From positions 65,018 through 129,017 of the forward strand of contig JAUYKS010000002.1 of assembly GCA_030699935.1 (NCBI GenBank): a stretch of DNA of 64,000 bases. The letters run 5' to 3'. Numbering within the stretch: position 1 is the stretch's first letter; every line of letters starts with the position of its first letter. Positions 57,059 to 64,000 of the stretch are shown here, piece after piece. Below the pieces are notes generated by a model. It was not told where the DNA came from. It saw only the letters and a list, made by a program, of their open reading frames with translations, and ran no database searches. Position numbers and translations under genes: made by a program. The DNA is from a bacterium. Its GTDB lineage: Bacteria; Patescibacteriota; SICC01.

Positions 57059-58221
57059 GATACCTGCGCTACCCGCGTCCGCGAAAAATCCTCGGTTCGA
57101 TCCGGCGGTTTGTCTTCCGGGCCGATCATGCCCTGATGGCGCTGGTCGGCAAAGCGGATGAAGGGGTCGTCGGTTTCGTGGAATGGGTCGAGCACGGCAT
57201 CGGCCGGATGACCCGGGCGGTCGTTGCCGCGGAACGTTTGGGGGCGCGGAAGGTCGTCGCGGCCCTCCGCATCGCGATCAGCCCCGTGCTGTACCTCGTC
57301 CGGACGGTGGTCGCACAACTGGTGTTCGAGGTCGCCGCGGTATGCGGAGGCGTCTTCCGCGCCCCGGGCCGTCTTGGCCGGTCCGCCGAAGCCCTCGTCG
57401 CCTACTGGACGGCGGGCGTGTGGCGCTTCTTCGGACGGATCACGCTCTGGGTGAGCGCTCCGATCCGCAAACGCGTCGCCAACCGCGCGAAGCGGCAAGC
57501 GCTCGACGCGGTCACTATGACCCCGGACCATAAGTCGCATCGCGAATTGCTGGCGTTGCTCGTTGTCGCCGCCGTCCTGATCGCCGGCGCGGCCGTACTG
57601 TTCGGAGGCGACCTGCTGTCCAGTAACGTCCTTTCCGGCATCTTCCAGCTGGAGCGTTTGGCCGGATTGCCGTCAGCGGCGTGGCACTGGGCCGTCACCC
57701 TCTCTCCGATCAAGCTGACGGTGATGTTCGCCGCCGCCGCGCTGACCGCCGCCACGATCGTCTTCTGGTTCCGGATGTTGCGCGACAGCTACCGCCGCGA
57801 ATATCCGACCGCGGTCGAGCAGACCCAATGGCGTCTCGTCACGACACTGTTGTTCATCCCGGGCGCGGTGCTGTACTTCTTCAAGCAATACAACCGACTC
57901 ACCGTACGGAAGTTCGCGGCCCGTCACGTCGTCTCCCTGATGGTCAGCGGCGTCACCGTGCTGGTGGCCACCTCGACCTATGGCACGCTTTGGTACTTCA
58001 ACCAGCAGGCCGCGGCGGAAGTGGCCGGTGCCGGTTACCAGGCTCCGGTAATCCGGCTTGATCCGAACGATCGCCGCCAGATCCTTTCCCGCGACCAATA
58101 TGGCCAGCCGCTAAAGCCGGCCACGACCAGCCGCCGCGACCCGTTCGCGCCGATCCCCGGCGAAACGACGGAGGCAGCGCCGAGTCCGTCACCGAGTCCG
58201 ACGTCGGCGCCGCAGCCCTGA
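57055..58221 (+). CDS. Polytopic membrane protein ending in a PilP-like RRDPF motif
   Basis: Coupled to pilO; several TM helices; C-terminal RRDPFAP followed by a Pro/Ser tail. Confidence 0.55.
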   Translation: MRYLRYPRPRKILGSIRRFVFRADHALMALVGKADEGVVGFVEWVEHGIGRMTRAVVAAERLGARKVVAALRIAISPVLYLVRTVVAQLVFEVAAVCGGVFRAPGRLGRSAEALVAYWTAGVWRFFGRITLWVSAPIRKRVANRAKRQALDAVTMTPDHKSHRELLALLVVAAVLIAGAAVLFGGDLLSSNVLSGIFQLERLAGLPSAAWHWAVTLSPIKLTVMFAAAALTAATIVFWFRMLRDSYRREYPTAVEQTQWRLVTTLLFIPGAVLYFFKQYNRLTVRKFAARHVVSLMVSGVTVLVATSTYGTLWYFNQQAAAEVAGAGYQAPVIRLDPNDRRQILSRDQYGQPLKPATTSRRDPFAPIPGETTEAAPSPSPSPTSAPQP

Positions 58222-58236
58222 TCCGACCGCCGCGAC

Positions 58237-58803
58237 TCAGTTGTCGTAGAAATCGCCCGGATCGACGTTGGTCCGGGTCTTCCCGGCCGTGACGGCGATC
58301 GTGATCGGGGAGTGGTCGGTGCACTCGGCGTGGTATCCGCACACCACGAAGGCGGAGTAGAAGGCCTGGTATCCGGGATCGAACGAGGGCACCACCGCGT
58401 AAACCTGGTACTTGCCCGGCGAGACGGCCAGCCGATAGCCGCGGCCGCTCTTGAACCGCCAATGCCGGATTACTTTCTTGGTGCAAACCTCGCGCGAGGT
58501 GGCAAGGTTCGCCGCGCAAACTCGTATGTCACCCGGAATCCCCTCGCCGGGGTAGACCAAGGAACCTTCGATCGATCCCTTGCCGCGGGAAGCTCCTGAG
58601 CTTCCGGAATCACGTGAGTTTGTCCGTCCGGCCGTCCCGGACTTTTTCGCCGTTCCGGAAGATTTGGCGGCGGGTTTCGCGGAGACGGTCGGACTAGGGG
58701 AGGGGCGCTCCTTCGGTCCGTCCTGCGACCGTCCGACCGCTACCAGGCCGGCCGCTCCGACGACCGCTACTGCAATGACGACAAGGATGATTCGTTTTTT
58801 CAT
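58237..58803 (-). CDS. Hypothetical secreted or membrane-anchored protein
   Basis: Signal/anchor, S/K/P linker and a Cys-containing domain (GSLVYPGEGIP...CGYHAECTDH). Confidence 0.7.
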   Translation of the reverse strand: MKKRIILVVIAVAVVGAAGLVAVGRSQDGPKERPSPSPTVSAKPAAKSSGTAKKSGTAGRTNSRDSGSSGASRGKGSIEGSLVYPGEGIPGDIRVCAANLATSREVCTKKVIRHWRFKSGRGYRLAVSPGKYQVYAVVPSFDPGYQAFYSAFVVCGYHAECTDHSPITIAVTAGKTRTNVDPGDFYDN

Positions 58804-58827
58804 CTGTACTTCTTAATAGTTGCTTTC

Positions 58828-58836
58828 TTATCCACA
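58828..58836 (+). promoter_or_regulatory. Single perfect DnaA box
   Basis: TTATCCACA in the AT-rich divergent intergenic region. Confidence 0.35.
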
Positions 58837-58927
58837 GGATATCCTAATCACAACTAGCAGTCAAGCATATATACTGAATCCGGTTCCTTAATAACGAGGT
58901 CCACGACTCCACCAGGAGGTGGTACGC

Positions 58928-60292
58928 ATGATCGGAGCATTCTTCCGCTTCATACTCTGGATCGTGATTTGGATGGTGGGCTTGGCCGTGCTGTTCACGC
59001 TGTTGGTCAGCGACGCCCATGCCCAGCCAACTACATACCTGCCCTGGGATTACGGCAGGACCTACCGTGTCACGCAAGGTAACGGCGGCGGGTGGTCTCA
59101 TTACGACCGCTACAACCGGTACGGGTGGGACTTCGCCATTCCGGCCGGGACGCCCGTCCGATCGTCCGCGCCGGGAACGGTGCGGCGGGCCGGGTGGGAC
59201 GGAGGCTGGGGCATCGCCGTAGTGGTGTGCTATGCCGACGGCACCTGTTCGCGGTACGCACACCTGTCCGCGGAGTACGTTTCCGCGGGACAGCGGGTCG
59301 GGCAAGCGGCGCCGCTGGGGAGGGTCGGTTCGACCGGCAACTCCACGGGGGCGCACCTGCACTACCAGCTGGACAACGGTTGGGGCATCAGCCTGCCCTC
59401 GCGGTTCACCGAGGCCGGCGTGCCGTATGCCGGCCAAGCGGTGACCAGCCGCAACCGCCCGGCTCCGCCGGTCCCGCAGTACCCGACGTTCTCATCGATC
59501 GACGTACATTCGTCGAACGTCCTGAGCGTCCGGGCGGGCGGGGAAGTCACCGCGGTGGTGACGGCTCGCTACGAGGGTCCCTGGCGGATTCCGTGCGGGG
59601 ACTCCAATCTGGCGGTCCGGGGCGACTCACCGGCCCGCTTCGCGGACTACCGCGCGGGGTGGTGGCCGGGCTCGACCTGGCGCCGCCCGAGCCGGGTGGC
59701 GGCGGTTAATTGCACCGGCTATCTGGATCCCGGCGACAAGGCGCGTTGGGACCTCCAGTTCTACGTGCCGCCGGACACGGTGGACGGTACCTACCTGACC
59801 GGCATCTACGCGCCGGTTTACGAAGGCAAGGCCTGGTCGCCGTACAAGATCCCGATCTCGCTCCAGGTATCCGGAGCGTATCGGGCGGAAAGGACCGGCC
59901 AGACCTATGTGCGCGAGCCGCTCGTCGCGGGCGGTACCGCGGAAGTATCGGTCACGTTCCAGAACACGGGATGGGCCACCTGGTATGCGCACGGACGATA
60001 TGCGGTCCATCTCCGGACGATCCGGCCCGTGGACCGCCACAGCGCGTTCCTCGACCTCGAGGATCCGCGGACGCTGGGTGACGGCATCGCCGTCGCCTTG
60101 CCAAAAGATGTTCCGCCGGGCGATACGGTAACCGTAACGTTGCCGATCAAAGTCGCCGGCACGGTCAAGCCCGGAACGTACCGCGAGTACTTCCGTCTGC
60201 TGGCCGAGCACAAAGCGTGGCTGGGAACTGAGGGGCTCTATTGGCCGTTTACGGTCAAATCCCCGACAGTCACATACCAACCGGCCGAGTAG
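58928..60292 (+). CDS. M23 peptidase with two NBR1-like Ig domains
   Basis: SH...GWDF, YAHL, GSTGNSTGAHLHY; FQNTGWATW...PPGDT...YREYF repeat; SD AGGAGGT 7 nt before ATG 58928. Confidence 0.88.
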   Translation: MIGAFFRFILWIVIWMVGLAVLFTLLVSDAHAQPTTYLPWDYGRTYRVTQGNGGGWSHYDRYNRYGWDFAIPAGTPVRSSAPGTVRRAGWDGGWGIAVVVCYADGTCSRYAHLSAEYVSAGQRVGQAAPLGRVGSTGNSTGAHLHYQLDNGWGISLPSRFTEAGVPYAGQAVTSRNRPAPPVPQYPTFSSIDVHSSNVLSVRAGGEVTAVVTARYEGPWRIPCGDSNLAVRGDSPARFADYRAGWWPGSTWRRPSRVAAVNCTGYLDPGDKARWDLQFYVPPDTVDGTYLTGIYAPVYEGKAWSPYKIPISLQVSGAYRAERTGQTYVREPLVAGGTAEVSVTFQNTGWATWYAHGRYAVHLRTIRPVDRHSAFLDLEDPRTLGDGIAVALPKDVPPGDTVTVTLPIKVAGTVKPGTYREYFRLLAEHKAWLGTEGLYWPFTVKSPTVTYQPAE

Positions 60293-60420
60293 CGGTCGGC
60301 CACATATAACGAGCGAGGACCGCGCGGTTGGGGATGATTACGAATTCGATGCCGAGGCATCGTCTGTCAATCATCCTCAGCCGCGCCCCTCGCTCTTTTT
60401 TCATTGGTACAATAACCCTT

Positions 60421-61608
60421 GTGAAAGAAGCGCTCCGGAACATCTGGCGCCGCAAGGCCCGCTCCGCCCTGACCATCTTCGGGGTCGGGATCGGGATCTT
60501 CGCGCTGGTCACGATGGGGGCGCTGTCCCAAAGCCTGAACAAGTCGATCCAGGTCGGCATCGACTATTTCAGCAGCCGGATCCTCGTCACCAAGGCCAGC
60601 GGCGGCTTCGGCGGCCCGTTCGCGATCGGTCCGCAGTTGCCATCCAGCGTCACGGACCGGATCAAGGTGATCGACGGGGTCGACCGCGCTTACCCGACGC
60701 TCTCGTTGACGGCCAAGGAAGACAGCGAGCTCTCGTTCACCTCGTCGCCGGAAACGATCCAAGGCGCGCCGCCGACCGAGGTCGCCAAGGACGAGTTCAA
60801 GCTGGAGCTCAGCGAAGGCCGCGAGTTGAAGGCCGGCGATACCGGCAAGACCGTGATCGGCTCGAACATCGTCCAAAAGGAGAAACTCGGCGTTGGCGAC
60901 ACGGTGAAGCTGCGCGGCAAGAAGTTCAAGGTGGTCGGCGTCCTGAGGCGGACGACGGCCGACCCGGATTCGTTCTATCTGGTGACGCTCGACGATGCAC
61001 TGGAGCTGTCGCGGCGTCTCTCGCGGCTCTCGGCCGGCGGCACCGGAACCGTCGGCGCCGGCACCGAGGAGCTGGTGACGAACATCAATGTCTTTCCCGA
61101 GGAGGGCGTGGACTCGACCAAGCTGACCAAAAGGATCGAGTCGACGATCAGCGGCGTGGACGGCACCCCGCCGGAACAACTGAAGAAGACGCTGGAAGAC
61201 GCCTCGGCGGTGTTCAACCTGATCGTCCTCGGCAGCGCCCTGATCGCGGTGCTGGTCGGCAGCCTTTCCGTGATCAACACGATGATCATGAGCGTGACCG
61301 AACGGCGCAAGGAAATCGGTGTGAAACGGGTGGTCGGCGCGCGGGCGCGGCACATCCTCCGCGAGACCGTCGTCGAGACCGGGCTGATCGGACTGATCGG
61401 CGGCGTGATCGGGTTCCTCGGCAGCGCGGGGCTGGTCTCGATCGTCAACGCGATTACCAAGCAGAGCGGCCTGGAATTGTTCCTGCTGACGCCGAAGCTG
61501 GCCGTCGTGGCGATCGGCTTCGCGGTGGGGCTCGGCGTGTTGGCCGGCATCTACCCGGCCTGGCGGGCGACCCGGATCAAGCCGGTTAACGTGTTGCGGG
61601 AGGAATGA
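60421..61608 (+). CDS. ABC transporter permease, MacB/FtsX family
   Basis: RSALTIFGVGIG, INTMIMSVTERRKEIG...GA, YPAWRA...PVNVLR. Confidence 0.93.
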   Translation: MKEALRNIWRRKARSALTIFGVGIGIFALVTMGALSQSLNKSIQVGIDYFSSRILVTKASGGFGGPFAIGPQLPSSVTDRIKVIDGVDRAYPTLSLTAKEDSELSFTSSPETIQGAPPTEVAKDEFKLELSEGRELKAGDTGKTVIGSNIVQKEKLGVGDTVKLRGKKFKVVGVLRRTTADPDSFYLVTLDDALELSRRLSRLSAGGTGTVGAGTEELVTNINVFPEEGVDSTKLTKRIESTISGVDGTPPEQLKKTLEDASAVFNLIVLGSALIAVLVGSLSVINTMIMSVTERRKEIGVKRVVGARARHILRETVVETGLIGLIGGVIGFLGSAGLVSIVNAITKQSGLELFLLTPKLAVVAIGFAVGLGVLAGIYPAWRATRIKPVNVLREE

Positions 61609-62468
61609 TGGCGCTCGGGAAGAGATTGCGGCGGACCTTGCGTCGGCGGCCAAAGAAATCGGACGGACGGATGAAGGGCAAGCTCTTCACCAAGCAGGAC
61701 GTGAAGGACCTGCCGCCGATGGTCGAGGTCACCGGCCTGCATCGGACGTATGAGGGCGCCGAGCCGGTGCGGGTACTTAAAGGCACCAGCCTCAAGGTTG
61801 AGCGCGGCGAGATGGTCGCGTTGATGGGACCGTCCGGTTCCGGCAAGACGACGCTGCTCAACGTGATCGGCCTGCTGGATACGCCGGATTCCGGGACGGT
61901 GAAGTTCGCCGGGGTCGACGTCACCGAGCTAAAGCGGCGGAAGGTGCCGCTGTTCCGGCAGAACGAGGTAGGCATGATCTTCCAGCAGAAGAACCTGATC
62001 CAGTCGCTGACCGCGTTCGAGAACGTCTACCTGCCGTTCCGATACGCCCGTGGGGCGCGGCGCAAGCAGGGCCGCGAGCAGGCGCGCGAGGCGCTGCGGC
62101 TGGTCGGGATGCTGGAGCGGGAGAACCATCTGCCGAACCAGTTGTCCGGCGGCGAGCAGCAACGGGTGGCGGTGGCGCGGGCGTTGGTACTGTCACCGGC
62201 GGTGGTACTGGCCGACGAGCCGACCGGCGAACTCGACCGGAAGACGTCGGACCAGGTGGTGGACCTGATCCGGGAGCTCAACAAGCAGACCGGCCAGACG
62301 TTCATTATCGTGACGCATGACCGTTCGGTGGCGGAGCGCGCCGACCGGATCCTGACGATGGACGACGGCAAGGTGGTGCCGGAAAAGGGTGGGAGCGGGC
62401 GGAAGCGTCCGACGGCGAAGCGGCCCGCCACGAAGCCGGGTAATCAGCCGCGCAAGAGGAAGGCCTGA
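61605..62468 (+). CDS. ABC transporter ATP-binding protein (LolD/MacB-like)
   Basis: GPSGSGKTT, LSGGEQQRVAVARA, LADEPTG, VTHD. Exact start uncertain. Confidence 0.94.
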   Translation: MMALGKRLRRTLRRRPKKSDGRMKGKLFTKQDVKDLPPMVEVTGLHRTYEGAEPVRVLKGTSLKVERGEMVALMGPSGSGKTTLLNVIGLLDTPDSGTVKFAGVDVTELKRRKVPLFRQNEVGMIFQQKNLIQSLTAFENVYLPFRYARGARRKQGREQAREALRLVGMLERENHLPNQLSGGEQQRVAVARALVLSPAVVLADEPTGELDRKTSDQVVDLIRELNKQTGQTFIIVTHDRSVAERADRILTMDDGKVVPEKGGSGRKRPTAKRPATKPGNQPRKRKA

Positions 62469-62677
62469 TGTTTGGCTATTCGCTCCCGCTCCTCTTCGGC
62501 CGGCTATTCGGCGTCGCGCTGTTCGTGCTCGGGCTGATCTTCCTGAAGCGGTTCCGCCGCGACGACGATCCCAAGGCTGTGTTGAAGTCGTGCCTGAAGA
62601 GCCCGTGGGTGTGGTTCTTCATGGTGCTGGCCTGGGTCGCGTTCGGGTTCGAGATTGTCTATCTGGCGAACCGCTAG
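62468..62677 (+). CDS. Small two-TM membrane protein
   Basis: 69 aa; TGATG coupling with the ABC ATPase gene. Confidence 0.55.
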   Translation: MFGYSLPLLFGRLFGVALFVLGLIFLKRFRRDDDPKAVLKSCLKSPWVWFFMVLAWVAFGFEIVYLANR

Positions 62678-62729
62678 GATCGTTAGGGTCGTTGGGGTTC
62701 GGGCCTGTCTCTCTCCGGCGGCTTTTCCT

Positions 62730-62810
62730 ATATCTTTTTCGTTACTTCCGAGAATCTGCAAAACATCTGCAAAACATTGGAGATGTTTGGAAGTAACAAA
62801 AAAAGGATAT
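62730..62810. repeat. AT-rich imperfect inverted repeat enclosing an 11-bp tandem repeat
   Basis: GTTACTTCC (62741) / GGAAGTAAC (62789) with extended arms; ATCTGCAAAAC twice at 62754-62775. Confidence 0.7.
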
Positions 62811-62838
62811 GTTTGGTCCCTGAGGGTAACCTAAGGAC

Positions 62839-64000
62839 ATGCATAAACGGCACAGGGCACCAAAACGTTACACGGAGTTGAAGGGCCTCCAGGTCGCGGT
62901 ACTCGGAGCAGGGGTCGAAGGCACCTCCTCCGCCAAATGGCTGCTGCGGCAGGGGGCGGAGGTGACGATGTGCGACCGTCGGGACCGGAAGACGCTGGCG
63001 CCGGTCATCAAGGAGCTGCCCGCCGTCACTTGGCGGCTCGGCCCGAGTCACGCCGAACGGCTTGCGAACTTTGATCTGGTGGTCCGCACCCAGAGCCGTC
63101 CGTACCTCAGCCCGCAGATCCAGCGGGCGCTGCGGGCCGGGGTCCAAGTCACCTCGATGACCAAGCTGTTCTTCGAGCGGAACCCCGCGCGGACGATCGG
63201 CGTCACCGGCACCAAAGGGAAGGGCACGACCAGTTCGCTGATCGCGAAGATGCTGCGGGCCGGCGGCAAGCGGGTCTGGCTCGGCGGCAACATCGGCCAA
63301 TCGCCCTTGGACTTCCTGAGCCGCGTGCGGCCGACGGACGTCGTCGTACTCGAACTCTCCAGTTACCAGCTGCAGGATCTGAAGTGTTCGCCGGACGTGG
63401 CGGTCGTGACGAACGTCACCGCCGACCACCTCGATTACCACCGGAGCGTCCGGGAGTACCGTAGCGCCAAGCGGCCGCTGACCAAGTACCAGCGGCGGAC
63501 CGGCGTCGCGATCCTGAACGCCGACGATCCCAGCAGCCGGCCGTTCGCCAAGGACCCGGGGCGGGTCCGTTGGTTTTCGACGCGCCAACCCGCGGACGCC
63601 ACGCTTCGGGACGGTTGGCTGGTCGTCCGCGGCCGGCGGATCCTCCGGGCCGACGACCTCAAGCTGCCCGGCGAGCACAACCGGCAGAACGTCCTGGCGG
63701 CGGCGTTGGCGGCGACGGAGTTCGGCATAGGCCCGCGCCCGATCGCGAAGGCTGCCAAGGACTTCCGCGGCCAGCCGTACCACCTCGAATACCTGGGGAC
63801 CAAGCAGGGCGTCCGTTACTTCAACGACTCCTACGCCACCAACGAGACCGCCGCGATCCCGGCCGTCGCCAGCATCGATGCCCCGCTGGTGCTGATCGTC
63901 GGCGGACAGGGCAAGGGGCTCGCGTCCGACGAGCTGGCCAAGACGATCGCAGGAAAGGACGTCCGCGGTATCGTCGCCATCCCGCCCGAGGGGGCTGCCA
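62839..64000 (+). CDS. murD: UDP-N-acetylmuramoyl-L-alanine:D-glutamate ligase (3' partial)
   Basis: Translated by hand: VAVLGAGVEG, IGVTGTKGKGTT, GGNIG, LELSSYQL, DHLDYH, GEHN, NDSYATN. Absent from the ORF track because it has no stop in the window. Confidence 0.93.
   Translation, partial: MHKRHRAPKRYTELKGLQVAVLGAGVEGTSSAKWLLRQGAEVTMCDRRDRKTLAPVIKELPAVTWRLGPSHAERLANFDLVVRTQSRPYLSPQIQRALRAGVQVTSMTKLFFERNPARTIGVTGTKGKGTTSSLIAKMLRAGGKRVWLGGNIGQSPLDFLSRVRPTDVVVLELSSYQLQDLKCSPDVAVVTNVTADHLDYHRSVREYRSAKRPLTKYQRRTGVAILNADDPSSRPFAKDPGRVRWFSTRQPADATLRDGWLVVRGRRILRADDLKLPGEHNRQNVLAAALAATEFGIGPRPIAKAAKDFRGQPYHLEYLGTKQGVRYFNDSYATNETAAIPAVASIDAPLVLIVGGQGKGLASDELAKTIAGKDVRGIVAIPPEGAA

Noticed and set aside
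58804-58927. Possible replication origin
   Set aside because: Only one DnaA box, no box cluster, and no dnaA or dnaN nearby.

Overview
A GC-rich bacterial chromosome segment. The gene content (information processing, DNA repair, chaperones, type IV pilus and competence genes, TreT/GT4, almost no central metabolism, many orphans) suggests a Patescibacteria/CPR-type genome; this is an inference. Backbone: polA (partial), PHP, mutM, holA, rpsT, nrnA, truB, rpsO, pnp, nfo, dsbB/dsbA-type pair, udg, rnj, a 4-gene pilin cluster, lepA, CIRCE-hrcA-grpE-dnaK...dnaJ, tRNA-Lys, split comEC, ruvB/ruvA/ruvC/yebC, pilN/pilO, a MacB-type ABC transporter and murD (partial). Highlights: (1) a complete 2.26-kb IS1595-family transporter IS (25-bp TIRs, 8-bp TSD) carrying a proteasome-beta/Ntn-hydrolase-like gene, a lipoprotein, and a 48-aa antisense ORF resembling the transposase's own C-terminal helix; (2) two adjacent orphans with degenerate sigma-70 region 1.2/2 modules, one fused to three DnaA-domain-IV-like repeats and the other on a cassette bounded by a 57-bp diverged duplication of the PHP gene start; (3) two secreted predicted cell-wall hydrolases (subtilase-SpoIID fusion, M23) sharing an NBR1-like Ig module; (4) pervasive leaderless gene starts and a recurrent promoter/leader motif. 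All assignments come from motif reading by eye; no database searches were run.
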